This document shows, piece by piece, positions 1 to 15,239 of a stretch of DNA of 64,000 nucleotides. Location: positions 68,386,001 through 68,450,000 of the forward strand of contig OX597819.1 in the NCBI GenBank assembly GCA_951406725.2, given 5' to 3'. The position numbers were made by a program, and so were the translations under genes. This DNA is from Octopus vulgaris. Taxonomy: Eukaryota. Positions within the stretch are counted from its first letter, which is position 1; every line of letters begins with the position of its first letter. Under the pieces are notes generated by a model. That model did not search any database. It was not told the DNA's origin and saw only the letters and a list, made by a program, of their open reading frames with translations.

Positions 1-17
1 CACATATAATACATATT

Positions 18-232
18 CTTTTCTACTCTAGCCACAAGGCCGGATATTTTGGGGGAGGGGGGGCAGTCGATTAGATCGAACCCAGTACGCAACTGGTACA
101 TAATTTATCGAACCCGAAAAGATGTAAGGCAAAGTCGGCCTCGGCGGAATTTGACATTAGGACATAAAGACAGACGAAATATCACTAAGTAGTTCGCCCG
201 ACGTGCTAACTTTTCCGCCCGCTCGCCGCCTT
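18..232 (-). mobile_element. tRNA-derived SINE, family A
   Basis: Reverse complement begins GGCGGCGAGC.GGC.GAA..GTTAGCACG and carries the central ACTTTGCCTT.CATC.TTTCGGG.TCGATAAATTA.GTACCAG block. Homologous copies at 4217-4607, 7927-8138 and 31454-31676. Confidence 0.85.
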
Positions 233-474
233 ACACATGTATACATATTGTTGGATGACTGCTTATGAGTTTTTCCGCCCCTTCTCAGGTTTTATTTTTC
301 GTCCTGGGAATGACTAACAATCACCCTTCTCGCCAAGCAAGCTTGATGGATTTCCCAGTTTAGTCGCCGTCGACCCGATCATGCAACAGATTGTATTGGG
401 TTACATGTTACCAGTGGTGTCAAAGACCGACCATGACTACGTACATGTACACATACATATATACATACATACAT

Positions 475-526
<52 letters not shown>

Positions 527-684
527 CACATACATAAAGGGTTGAACAAATGACCATAGATGGTTATGGAATATATATACATGAGATGTTAAGTAATATT
601 AAATGATAAAATCAAGCTTTCACAGCTGTTTCCATGAATAATGGATACACTTACGTATATTATATAATTAGGGGTAAAAACCAT

Positions 685-1166
<482 letters not shown>

Positions 1167-3040
1167 ATCAAATGTATATAGACAAAGATAATGAACCATG
1201 GTAGATAAGCACATTCATATATCTAAACATAGAATATCGTTATCAGAAGGCATAATGGCAAAGAATGGGGAGGTAATAATATCCGAAACGTTGAGAAATT
1301 AGACAAAGATAGAGAAACATATAATGAAGTTATTTTTAGAGAAATTAAACTAAGAATAAAGAATGTGAGAACGCGAAACCATAAGAGAAAGGTGTGTCAG
1401 CTGAGAAGAAACGCAGAAAATACAAGGAGGGTGGATCTGTGGTTCAGTTTGAAAGGAGGAGACAAAGAGGGCATTAACATGAAGGTATAGAAGAAATAGT
1501 AAGGATTACGTGTAAATAGATATAGAGAAAGGAAAATGGGAAACGGAAAATGTAGAAAGATCTGTTGGCTGATGTACAATACCAGACCTGATATGAGCAT
1601 GATTTATAAAAGCCCAGTTTACTGTGATAAACCTGTGACTTGTGTGTTTGTTGTTGTCTGGTCTGTGGTGGTGATTGAGTTGAGGAATGATAATGCTTCT
1701 TGTGCTGCTTGGAGAAGTAATTAAACAACACCTACGAACATTTAACAAGAGATTTTCTCATTGCACATACAGTGATTATGCGGCTTGCACAGTGTAATTG
1801 CAAACAATTTTGCTATATTCGTGGTGACGGAGGTTTTTTCAACTCACTGAGCCGCCCGTGTGGATTTCCGGTTTGGGAAGAATTGAGACACATCGTATAA
1901 CTGCCCTAGCATTATTCAATTAATTAACGGCACAAGCGACCTTGTAGAGAGTGAATACAAGATGGAGATTTTAGAAAATTGAGTCTCAGGATGGATTAAT
2001 GGTGATTGGTTGCTTAATAGATGGATCACGTGAAACTATTGTGGTTTACTCGTGATACCTGACCGCATATCTAGAGATTCGGGTTCGAAATCCTGCTGCA
2101 AAAAAAGCTCAGCAATGTGTTAAAGATTTTTGAAACATTATGAAATTGTAAAACATTCAGAAATTCAAAATTGTGAAATGTGCAAATAAATTTCGAGAGA
2201 TGAGGATTAAATCTAAACCAATAATTTTTGAAGTTTTGTACGTCATGAAATGGAAGGACGCATTTGGATTAGAAAAATTATCTACAGCAAGGGAATGGTA
2301 TAAAATGGTGAAGCTTCTGCGTCATATAAGATGTAGTATGAAAATTTAGATATCATAAGAGTTATGTAAATCTTATTAAGTCGATGGTGGATTAGTTGGA
2401 GTAAATTTGGAGATGGTTAAATAATCCTAAAAACTGTTCATGCTAAACTAGAACTGAACTGAGAAATGTATAATTAATTTAGTAGAGATTCATAACAGTC
2501 TGTGAAATGGATAAATTAGATTAATGAATTATATAATGACGTTCGTCAATTTGTGAATATTAAAATATAGTGTAAGTAAAAGAAACAACATAATAAAGAA
2601 AAACGGGCTGTCATTTCTTAGAAAATATTAAATGTACGAAAGTAGAATATTATAAAGATCATATTTGAGCGTGTTGTATGATTACAAAAGGAAAGTAATG
2701 GCTATATGAATGAATCATACACATAAATTAGACAAGCTAATTGTAATGGATTGAAGTTGCATGGACTACTTGCACTAATAGGAACACACACACATACACC
2801 CACTCACACACATATACACACACACATATATAGTAACAAAACAGTTTGATTATCCTCACGTGGTGAGTTGTAATGCAAAATATATATATAAATAAAATAA
2901 AAGAAGGAAAATGTACACATTTTACATAATTCTAATATATTTTTAAAAATATTTTATAATTAAAAGAGTATTATGTTTGCCAACCGGTTTCACATCCGCT
3001 AACAATGACATAAAATTCATTGGAATTTTGTATTTTCTTT

Positions 3041-3109
<69 letters not shown>

Positions 3110-4216
3110 ATGTGTGTGTGTGTGTGTGTGCGTGTGTGAGTGTGTGTGTGCGCGCGTGTGTGTGTGTTTGTGTGTGTATGTGTATGAATATGAATATAAG
3201 TACATAGAAGTATATTTATAAGTATATATCTATATATCTGTCCATGTCTCTCTCTCTCTCTCTCTCTTCCTTATATATATATATATAATCTCAATAGATA
3301 GATAGATAGATTATTTTCTCTTTTCCAAGGAGAGAAGTAGGTATGTATGTAAGTTGAGAGACACGTATGTACACATATATCTGTTCTTCTCTGTATGTAT
3401 GTTATTGTTTGGTTGTATTTATAGATTTCTTGCCAATAGAGCTGGTTTGTAGCCTAGATCCATGGCTCCGTTGTTAGCATTTCAAGAACGTCATCTTGGT
3501 AATTGTGTATCTATAAATGTAGATACACCGGGATCGAAATACGAAAGCGTCAATGCATATGCAGATCTATATATTTTTTTTCATGTATAATTATACATGT
3601 TGTTGCAAGTCTAACCATGGATATATGAACATATATATACTAAAATTTCGGCAAGGTTTTACATAGATGCATGTATGATAATAGATATGTTTATAAGTAT
3701 GGGTAAACATCATGCTTCTCAGAGAGATCTTAAGCTTCAGAGAAGAAATTATTTGGCTCTTTAGACTTACTTTATATATGTGTATGTGTGTGTTGGTGTG
3801 TGCGTGCGGGAAACGCTGCAAAATCATCAAAATTGTTTAATTATCAATTATACTCTTGTACTTTTAAAATGTTTTCTGATATTGTACAGATTACAAACTA
3901 TACAAAAGAATATTAAAAAACAAAAAAAAAATACGATAGAAACTTCAAAGATGAAAAGTTAAATCTGAACATTTAATTTCCTTTTGCGTATTTTTCTGTT
4001 TTTAGTTTTCTTTTTCTAAGGAATATTCTTGTATATTTTATTTTTTGCAGTCTCCTAATTGATAATAAATCGTTATTGCACTGTGAATAGCAAGAATTAA
4101 ATAGGTGGCTTGCATATTCATCCTTAGCATTTACCGGTCGATTTTGACGAAAATATGCTAATCTCTCTATGTATGACAGAGTGGAACAACCATGTGTTCC
4201 TAATATACTAAATTCC

Positions 4217-4607
4217 TTTTCTACTCTAGGCAGAAGGCCCGAAATTTTGTGGGAGGGATGCAGTCGATTAGATCGACCCCAGCTACTGTACGTACAGTAC
4301 GAACCCGAAAGGATGAAAGGTAAAGTCGACCTCGGCGGAATTCGAACTCAAAACGTAAAGGCAGACGAAACACATATTTCTTTACTACCCACAAAGGACT
4401 AAACTCAGATAGGACAAACAAGGACAGACAAACGGATTAAGCCGATTATATCGACCCCAGTGTGTAAGTGATACTTATTTAATCGACCCCGAAAGGATGA
4501 AAGCCAAATTCGACTTCGGCGGAATTTGAACTCAGAACGTAGCACAGACGAACTATCACTAAGCATTTCGCCCGGGTGTGCTAACGTTTCTGCCAGCTTC
4601 CCGCCTT
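4217..4607 (-). mobile_element. Two adjacent family A SINE copies (4217-4376 5'-truncated; 4378-4607) with different 3' tails
   Basis: The central block CCCGAAAGGATGAAAG..AAA.TCGAC.TCGGCGGAATT.GAACTCA occurs twice, followed by different tail sequences. Confidence 0.85.
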
Positions 4608-5040
4608 ATAATACATTAAATTCCCTAAGTGGAATTGTTTCCAGAATACCGGGACCGAAATACGAACAAATCTGAGCTTTTTATGGATACATATTTTTCT
4701 TACGTCTGTATTAATATCGAGTGATGTTTATGTATTTCATTTAACTTGATTGTATCTAAATATCCTTCGTTTAACAATCGTCATTTTATAAGCATATAAT
4801 TTGATTTAGACATTGTACAAACAATATCTTTTTAAGCTGAAATAATTTAATTATATCCTCCCCGGCCCTCGTATGCGATTTGCATCACAACGAAATTTTT
4901 TTCGTAATCTCTATTTAATGTAACTAATATATTTTTGAGTTAACAAACTTCACGGGATTCTTATGATATCTCAATCCACCAAACACACCTCAAAATTTCA
5001 TGATTTCAAATATTATTTTAAACAACTTTTATAAACTTGA

Positions 5041-5835
5041 CTAGCAGCATAGCCGGCGTTGCCCGGATATGTAAGATCCCTTAGTAGGCAACGACTAATC
5101 CCAATCTAGTCCTTTCCCTCTAGGGAACGAAGGCGCATGTGTAAGTTGCAATGTCTTCTCTTCACTCGAATACTTCTGTGTATACGAATGTCCCTAGCTG
5201 TCCCTTTGGGCGATAAAAAGGTCTAGTTGTGTCCCCTAGACAGTTTGTGTTTAATACACAAATCGGTTTGCTATGTGTGCCACATATGATTTAATTAACC
5301 GATTTTTTCCAGTAATAAAGTATCCTATTGGAATAAAATGGGCCATATAGCTCCTTAGAGCAGACATGATGCTCGCTGTGAATTTAAAAAAAAATTCCTG
5401 CCAATTTGTGAAAGATATTGTCGAAAAGATGTCATCTTAAATTTGAACGCGATTTCCCAAAATGGCATGATTTTATCGATTTTTTCTGATGGTAAGGTAT
5501 TGCATGGAAAACTAACATCAGAATTAAGTTTCTTAGGGTAACATTAAGCTTCACTATGAGTTTGGTGAAAATTGATTGCAAGTTTCGAAAACTACAACAG
5601 AAAATGTGTTGCATATAAAAAGCTTAGATTCTCGACCCCATGTTGAATTTATCGATTTTTTTCAGAACTGAGGAAACTTTTCAAAGTTTTCGCTGCGTTA
5701 GTTTTGAAGTATGACATTGGGCTATGTGTATGTCAAGTTTCATCAGAATCGGTTGAAAGCCGTGGTCAGGGTGAGGATACAACCTGACAGACACACAGAC
5801 ACACAGACAGACAAACTGCCGTTTATATATATAGA
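5041..5835 (-). mobile_element. Non-autonomous Helitron
   Basis: On the minus strand it starts A|TCTATATATATAAAC and ends with the hairpin CCGGGCAACGCCGG about 8 nt before CTAG|T. These are canonical Helitron TC...CTAG ends in an A|T target. Confidence 0.8.
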
Positions 5836-6151
5836 TATAGAGATATATGCCTAGACGTTTAAGAGTCTCGTGTTTCAAAACTTATTGATTGTTTCAGTTT
5901 ATGTCTAGCTTCTCGGCATTAATTTGTTAATAATGAATTTCTGAAAAGTTTTATAAATCTATTTTTACGGTTATCAAGCTTCATATTAAAAAAAAAAACC
6001 CATGCTATATAATGCCAAGACCATCTCAAACGTATCACATTCCGATGAAAGCGAGCAGCCCGAAACTTAAAAAATACTCAACACTGTGCTTCTAAAACTA
6101 TATTAGACATACGTAAACAAACATACATAAGTACACACACGCGCGCACACG

Positions 6152-6185
<34 letters not shown>

Positions 6186-6274
6186 CATGCATATATATAT
6201 ACATATACATACAGGTGTATATATACATACATACACGCACACACATTTATATGTATACACACACATACATACAT

Positions 6275-6319
<45 letters not shown>

Positions 6320-7288
6320 CAAACGGTAGTTTAATTAGAACATGTTTGTAACATATTCTAACTTATAAAGTTATGAGGCGAAAAAATTCTCTCTTACAGT
6401 AAAAGACGTAAAGACAATAGATCTGTCCAGTGTTGACCCATATGCAATTCCAGAGGCAGTGTTTCTCTCCGTTAACTGCAATGAACCTGAAATAGGTTAC
6501 AAACATATATAACTAACATAAAGTTCGCTTATGCCAACACACAGCTTGGCACTAATACTGTTCAATTTCTCCCGACCAGGCGATCTAATAGTGCAACTCA
6601 ATCAACGTTGTTGACTGTGTTTCAGTTAAGGTTACAGTGCCTAGAACATCGAGCAATGAATATAAGTAGCGATCGTGATACCCAAGACGAAGAAATGGTA
6701 AAGCTCAGTAACAATCTATTAAACAACAACAACCCCAAAAGCATAATCTCCGCTCTAATTATGAAGAAAAGAGAGGCTGAAACCGATAAACTGTCCACAG
6801 TCTGTCTACCTTATCTGAAAGTCCTCTTCGAAAATACACAAAAGATATGCGGCCCCTTTTTGACATCAGAACAGGATTCAAAAGTAATAAAACACTTCGC
6901 AAATATCTCCTTCGAGTAAAACCAGCAATCGAAGAGAATATGACTAACAACTGCGTGTACTTCATCCCATACAACTGTGGTAGGTTATACAAAGGCGAAA
7001 CATGCTGCCCCCTCAAAATAGGTGTAGAGGAACATCGCAAAGCTGTGACAAGAGGAGATATTGATAAATCGGGTATAGCTGATCATGTATGGAAAATGGA
7101 GACCACCTCACCCTGTGGGATGAAGTTAAAATAAAAGACAGAGAACACCGCGGGAAAATACGAAAACTAAAAGAAGCAGCACATATGCTAGGACACGACA
7201 ACCTCCTAAACAGACCGAGTGCAGATATGAACAGCACATGGGAACCGGTATTAAGGAAGGATAGAAAAATATTAGATCTATAAGCATA

Positions 7289-7345
7289 TGGCGTAGTGGT
7301 TAAGAGCGTGTGCTAACCCCAAGGTTCCGAGTTCGATTCCAGGCA
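7289..7345 (+). promoter_or_regulatory. tRNA-like Pol III internal promoter (A and B boxes) just after the PLE stop codon
   Basis: A box TGGCGTAGTGG (7289-7299) and B box GAGTTCGATTCC (7329-7340), with tRNA-like spacing. Confidence 0.75.
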
Positions 7346-7418
7346 GTGAACTGAATAATAATAATAACATCGAAAAATAACTTAGGAATGAGAAACCCAG
7401 TTCCAAATTTCCCCAAGT

Positions 7419-7460
7419 CACCTGGAGAAGGTTGGATGGTACAGCAGCCGAAATGTTGTG
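7419..7460 (+). ncRNA. Degenerate minimal type I hammerhead ribozyme motif
   Basis: CAC-CTGGAGA-A-GGTTG...CAGCC-GAAA-TGT-T-GTG. Stem I is CAC/GTG and stem II is GGTTG/CAGCC; the core has an A6G change. Confidence 0.55.
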
Positions 7461-7564
7461 TTATCAACAAACAAGATGACAAACATCCGTCAAATGTAAA
7501 TAATGTAAATAATGTACATAATTCCTCATCTCTTAAATACCGAACTGTGAAATACATAAACACA

Positions 7565-7669
<105 letters not shown>

Positions 7670-7672
7670 TGT

Positions 7673-7731
<59 letters not shown>

Positions 7732-7926
7732 GTTGCTTTTTCAGAAAACGAAAATTTAGTTTCACCATTCCATAGCAAAACCGTTGTACTACTCTTTAAC
7801 AATTTTTGATATCATGCTATCTGAAGTAGCTGGAGATACGATAGTTTGACCAAAGATAAAATTATATCTTGAAAAAAAAAACGCATTTGGCCAAATTTTG
7901 TACATACAACAGTTTCACATAATCAT

Positions 7927-8138
7927 TTCTACTACAGGCACACGGTCTGGATTCTTGTGATGAAGGGAACAGTCGATCACATCGATCCCAGTACTCAACT
8001 GGTACTTAATTTATAGAACTCGAAAGGATAAAATGCAAGGTCCACCTCGGTTGAATTTGAGCTCAGAACGTAAGGACGGACGAAATACCGCTAAGTATTT
8101 CGCCTTGCGCATTAACGATTCTACCAGCTAACCGCCTT
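7927..8138 (-). mobile_element. Family A SINE, diverged; followed by a family B head fragment (8151-8253, minus)
   Basis: Colinear similarity to 18-232 and 31454-31676. Confidence 0.8.
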
Positions 8139-8306
8139 TCTAGTAGAAGACACTATAGTAGACGACACTTGCCCATACTTGGACAATGTGGAACTGAACC
8201 CGGAACCATGACGCGGGAAGCGAGCCTGTTACAACACAGCTACGCAAGCGCCTATATCGCGACAGTTTAAAACAATATCAATATTATATGTATATATATA
8301 TGTGTT

Positions 8307-8340
<34 letters not shown>

Positions 8341-8753
8341 CGTGTGTGTGTGTGTATATATATTGCAGATGCACACACACACACATACACACACATACAC
8401 ACACACAACCACATATGTATATATATATTACACAGGTAGGAAATGCCATATACTATTGAAGGATAAATCTGCTGTCTCAACGACGTATTGTTAACAGAAC
8501 AATTCTTGGATTGTCAAAACGGATTTGCAATAAAGTCTGGAATATCAGGCAACACTAAATATTAAACATTCCTTTGACAAGTTAAATTTCAAGACATACG
8601 GCAACTGAGTATTTACAGCTAATGCTTTCTATATGTTCTGTGTATGTGTCTGAGTATATGCGTGTATGTGTGTATATCATACATACACACAGACACAGAC
8701 ACACGCCGCACAATACACACACAACACACACATAAACACACATACAACACACA

Positions 8754-8821
<68 letters not shown>

Positions 8822-9217
8822 TCCTTAAGTACTTCCTGATAGAGGTCTATCATTATTCTAAGTGTACTTATCATGTTTAGCAATTGTTTATCTGTTTGAA
8901 TAAACCGATATTTCAGAAATTATATGAACGCTGAAAGCTATTCGAATGATTAGTCAACGAGCCAATTAAAAGCATTTAATTTATATTTTTGAATAATTTC
9001 CTGAAATTTCAAAATACGAATGCTAAAGCTCATTACGTTCTAAGTACACTATCTATCAATGAAACACTTCGGAATTTAATTTCGCTCCAATTCTTCGGCT
9101 ATACAGCGTTCATTAGCCACCAAGGCAATCCTCACTTAACTATGCTTTTATGAAAAATATGTCTGCTATGGCCATCAATTGTTTTTGATATCTTTCAAGC
9201 CCTGAGAAATGAGAATA

Positions 9218-9440
9218 CAGTAAATATTCATCTATCGCTGGTGTTACGCTCCAAAACCCCCAGCGATAGGTGAAAATCCGCGAAGTAGAAACAGTATTGT
9301 ATTGTAAATATTTAAAAGTTATTTTTATAATTTGTATATATTTATGTTATTATAAATGCAAAACAACACCACAGAGGAATCGACGTAAGCTTAAATAATA
9401 AACCGAGATAGGTGAATCTTGATATGGCGAGGGAATACTG
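9218..9440. mobile_element. Tigger/pogo-like MITE
   Basis: TA|CAGTA...TACTG|TA termini with imperfect ~20-bp TIRs, a TA target duplication and internal repeats of GATAGGTGAA. Confidence 0.7.
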
Positions 9441-9950
9441 TATACACAAAAGTACAGGTTTTGCTGTGTGGTTGAGACAACCACTCATCAACCATGTGAT
9501 TTTAGCTTCAGGAACCCTGCGAAAATGTCTTCAACTATAGCCGACGGCCAAGTGAATTTGGTAGATGGAAAAGATGGAACTATAACATTGGAACAATAAA
9601 ATCTAAGAACTTTGGCTAGTGCTCACAACAGAAGAAACGCAGGTTGGGCACTTCGAATTTCCCGTTTGACGACTGGGCAAATTCTGCCATCTTCAGCCAT
9701 CTACGACATGAGTGGAACAAAGCTAAGGAACGTAACTCTATCTCACCAAAAGTTTACCAGTTGATTTCTGTTTCAGAATTTCCTGTTTAACAATATTAAC
9801 TGAACATGACACTTTTCTCCCTTCAGTTCTAGAGAGATTATGTGTCTCAGGCCGTTTGAATCGTACGCGTCCCCTGTGCAGCTAAGCGATTTATAGGTAT
9901 GAAACCAAAGGTCACTCTCCGACCTGCCATAACAAATAACTTGCTAAATT

Positions 9951-10025
<75 letters not shown>
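9951..10025. repeat. (TATC)n microsatellite
   Basis: Direct reading. Confidence 0.95.
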
Positions 10026-10235
10026 GTCAATCTATCTTTTTTCTCTCTCTCTTTCTCTCCCTCTCTGTCTTTATATATATATTATATCATTTAACGTCCG
10101 TTTCCTTGCTGGCATGTATCGTATACACACACACACACACACACATAGGCGTGCGCGCACACACATGCAAACATGCATATGCATACACAAACACACTCAC
10201 ACACACAGATATATATATACACATATAACATATAC

Positions 10236-10280
<45 letters not shown>

Positions 10281-10293
10281 TACATATATATAT

Positions 10294-10368
<75 letters not shown>

Positions 10369-10829
10369 GGATGAAGGTATTTAAACCGAGGTTTATTCGA
10401 TCAGATTTTCCTATGGCTAAACTCTGACTACTACTACTATCGATCTATATAAATATCTTACTCTGCATTTATTTCATTCAATGAACGAAAGCAATTTTCA
10501 TTCTAGTACCAACGTGGATTGTTTTGTGTTTTTTAAAATTCACCTCCACAAATTTTTTCAATCTGCTGACACTCATTTCACTCTCAAATTAATCTATTTT
10601 GTTTTATTTAGTTAATTTTTTATTCAGTTAATTTATGTGTGTATTTGTTTTTGTATTTGCTCTGTAACTTTTTAGAGTGCATGAACCGTTTTGTGTTGAA
10701 GCGCTAATAACAGCGTTTAACATATTTGGGCGAAAAATCTTTAACCAGCGTTAACCTTACGTATGATTGTAATTTAAATTTCAATTCCTGGAACCAATCA
10801 TATATTTTCTTAATATTATAAATATTATT

Positions 10830-11035
<206 letters not shown>

Positions 11036-12299
11036 TGTCATGTTCCATCGTGTTTTTGGTTTTCAAGGCATTTTGTTTAATAGTTTTTATTTTTCATGTA
11101 TTTTTTACCATTCGTTGCATTCATCATCTTAAATACTAAACTAAACTACGCCTCATACTTGAAATTCTTTAATAATTTACGCATAGTAGGAATGCAGCGA
11201 CCAATATATTCCGGAGGGAATATTTAGGTGGCTGTTCAATCTTGTAGAAATAGTAATCAAATGACTCGTAAATTAGTCTTAAAGGGGTAGGTCATATGCC
11301 ACACCGTAGCAGTTTTAGACTCAGGACAAAAATGAACGAGATTCTCACAAACCTTAACGTATTTAATTAAAAGTAATCTCGCTTAGGCCTGAACTCGGCT
11401 TAAATTAAACCGCCAGAAATACCGATAGCGTGAAATATCAAATATAGTTACAAAATAGCTATTACCGAAGCTATTACCCAAGTCAGACCTGGTTCGGGAC
11501 AAACAGACCATTATAAGCCAGCATTCTTGTTTGTTCAAGTCCATGTTTGAGTATCTGCGTGCTCACTATATCTGGAGAAAATAGCAGCATGCCTTAAACT
11601 CTATTCTCTGTTCACTTTCATGAAGACAAATGTAGTCCTTGAGACACCCAGCTTGGAATTAAACGATGATATTGTTATGGTATTAAATGAGGTCGATCAA
11701 GAGTTAACCTGCGTGCACAAAAACAGCAGTAGCAACAACAACAACGATAGGTAATGATTTTGTGAGATCAATCTTTATGTCTTAGGTGTCATGCAACTAA
11801 CAGCAGTCAAATAATTCTAAACAAAAAAAAAAAAATTAAAGGATAAAACAATCGGATATATTAAAAGGTTATCACTACTCTGACCACTGCATCTGTTCTG
11901 ACACAGTTTATCGTAAATTGTCCCAATATCCACTTCAACATTGTTAAAAGGAAACCCAATATTATTTTCGCCAAAATATTTGACTGCTATTGCAAACGAA
12001 TGGTATACAGAACTTCATTTCGGAATAAATTTTTTAAAACAAAAAGTTTTACGTATTTGAATCCTGAAAAGAGTTACCACATATCCACTAAAGACGAGAT
12101 CCCACGTTGGTTCCTAAAGTCACGCTTTCAAAAAGTGCGAACACATTAAACCCCACAAATCTGGTGATTCACGTTTTCTCGCCTCCCTTTTACGTCACCA
12201 ATTAGTAAGTCTGCTGAACATTACTGTCTTGAACGAGAAGATTCACAGGGCTGGAGATCCGGTTTCCAATGCATATAAGTGACCGGAATCACACCTCTC

Positions 12300-12472
12300 A
12301 CACCGAGCGGATCATAGGTCTGGAGCTGGGATACTCATTTATAGCGACGTGGACTAGGACAACGCGAAATGAAGTGGTTTTTGTTAAAAAGTAACTATAC
12401 ACTTCTGGAAACGAAACCAAGATATTGTGATCATGAAGGCAAAACCCGAACCACAAGGCCTGGTGCCTTCAC
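12300..12472 (-). mobile_element. Diverged family D SINE
   Basis: TGGACTAGGACAACGCGAAATGAAGTG matches the reverse complement of CACTTCATTTCACGTTGCTCCAGTCCA at about 30657-30683. Confidence 0.6.
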
Positions 12473-13768
12473 AAGTCACTTGTTATGCACACCTATACAA
12501 AAAAAATATATATATAATGCCAGATCGATCAATATTGCTTATAAGGCAGGACGAGACTTGAAAACTGGGTGAGAGGATTGGAAAGATATAGGAGTTGGTA
12601 AAAATGAACACGTTAAATAAAATTAGGCAGTTTAAACAAATTGAAATCTGTCCGGCTGCATGGTGAAACTCCATTTTGTATTCTTCTTCTCATAAAGACA
12701 CAAACGTGTAGACTTTCAGTTAACATGAATGGGAAGTTGTTTCGCTGCTGTGGAGACCGAAAAAGTCTTGTCAGAGCCGCCTGTAAACGGATAAACATCA
12801 CTCAGGGAAAATTAATAGAATTTTTATTTACTGCTCAGTATTTTCTGTGTTGATCTTTCGATGAAGAATAAAGAGAAAAAATGTACATATTGGGAGAGAC
12901 ACGCTTCTGGGGTCGAATGACAAAACAGCTGGTAAGTGCCAACCTGTAACTGATCTATCATAACCGGGGTAATAATAGCGTTAAATTCAATACAAAAAAA
13001 TCAGTACCTGCTGTTTGCACAGCCGGAGAATAGAAAGTGAGAATGGAGTTGTTAAAATAATTGTCTCAATATTCTGAAGTTTCTGCCAAAAATCCTACCT
13101 ATAAGATCCATTAGAAAGTTCTAGGAAGTCGAATCACGTGATGGCTCGACGCTGGTTTGTCACTAAATTGGGCGATCACTTCAAACATTTCTCATCTCAC
13201 CGTAGCATTCCCGTGGCTGTCCAGCAATTCCTTTTCGGATCTGCTACACACTAAAATATCTCAAAGGGCTCAAATTTTTATCAGTGTGTGAACCACTGTA
13301 GGCTAAACCAATTTCTCGACAAACAACTGCAGCTAAACATATGGTTTCCTATTATATTTCGCAGTTAACATTTGGAGAAATTTTAACTTTAAATATGAGT
13401 ATAAATTCTATTTTCTCTTCAGACATGATCGTGTAAAATATGTTTGCTTTAATGTAATTCATTTAATATTTGATGCTTGCCGCCTTTTTCTAAATATAGA
13501 CTATTTCTAAACTAGTATTTCTCTAATGTTTGTTTCACTAGTATTTATTTTATGTTTAGTTTTCACGATAGCGTTTAACATTGTTAGTTTTTCATTGAAT
13601 ATGATTCAATATTTTTCGTGATATCACAAACACACTGTATACACACACACACTGTATACACACACACACACACACATACATATATATAAATGGCTGACGT
13701 TTAGTGTGCAATTATCATGTGCGTAAATATGTTATTTTTAACAAGAAAATTTCGACTGTCTGTATATA

Positions 13769-13838
<70 letters not shown>

Positions 13839-13934
13839 TATGTATGTATGTATCCGCGTGACAAAGTTAATGATTGTCAACATATGTGGCATGCCTGACT
13901 CTATATATGTATGCAGGTATATATGTACATATAG

Positions 13935-13966
<32 letters not shown>

Positions 13967-14222
13967 ATATATATATATATATATATGTGTATATGACTTT
14001 GTGTGTATGTTGGGGGTTATTTGTCTACTTGTTTGCCAGCGTGTTTGTAGACAGTCATCTGTAAATATATATAAACATCAGTCACGTTTATGTGACAAAA
14101 GTTGCGAAAAGTACAACATCACATACGAAGAATTATATTTCAGTAAATAGCCATCGGCAACATGCAGTCACATATTTCTGATGTACAAACATATAGTCTA
14201 GATTTTCACCTGCATATACATC

Positions 14223-14309
<87 letters not shown>

Positions 14310-14465
14310 GCAAACAAACAAAACAAACAAACAAACACAATTACATCAACATGCATGAACACATATACACAGCCGCAACAACACGAAAATAAACTAAAAC
14401 TCACTATCTATGGCACACATGTTCACATACTGAAATATGCATATTCATATATAGGAATACGTGGT

Positions 14466-14514
<49 letters not shown>

Positions 14515-14729
14515 GTTGATTTACGCGCTTTTACACACACGCATACACATTATATGTGATGTGTGTGCTTGCGTGTACAAAGATATATACGTCCAATCAC
14601 AGACATCGACTTACTAAATATGGTACACATAAGAACGAATTGTCATAGGAATAGGAATCTTCTTACATGTATTATATATGTTTCTATGCATATATAGAGA
14701 CAAATATGTATGTATATATGTTTGTGTAC

Positions 14730-14760
<31 letters not shown>

Positions 14761-14969
14761 TGTATATACGCACATTTGCGTGCATGCATAAACATACTTA
14801 TTAATATATATATATATATATATATAAAGCGCGTCAATAAATATATAAAAAATATATATGTATATATATATATAAATATAAATATATATACATATATATG
14901 TATAGATATGTGTGTATATATACATATATACACACGCACATTTGCGTTCACGTATAAATGTTCATATTT

Positions 14970-15069
<100 letters not shown>

Positions 15070-15169
15070 TATGCATATATATGTAGATATATATATGCAT
15101 ATACATATACGCATATATATATGTGTATATATATGTTTATATATATATACATATGCATATATGTATGTA

Positions 15170-15239
<70 letters not shown>

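Larger units (their letters stand above)
6400..7560 (+). mobile_element. 5'-truncated, frameshifted Penelope/Poseidon-like element (RT thumb, GIY-YIG endonuclease, 3' pseudo-LTR)
   Basis: Overlapping ORFs 6608-7283 give TVCLPY...FKSNKTLR..L..VKP...NCVYFIPYNCGRLYKGET...EEHR...KSGIADHVW...RKLKEAAHM...LLNR, the GIY-YIG signature of PLEs. Confidence 0.85.

Noticed and set aside
6040-6072. CCGATGA...GAAAC hammerhead-like string
   Set aside because: The core is mutated, stems I and III are unsupported and there is no second copy.
12500-13450. Possible decayed mariner transposase (also 48970-49560)
   Set aside because: Only faint motif resemblance, and no TIR pair could be established.
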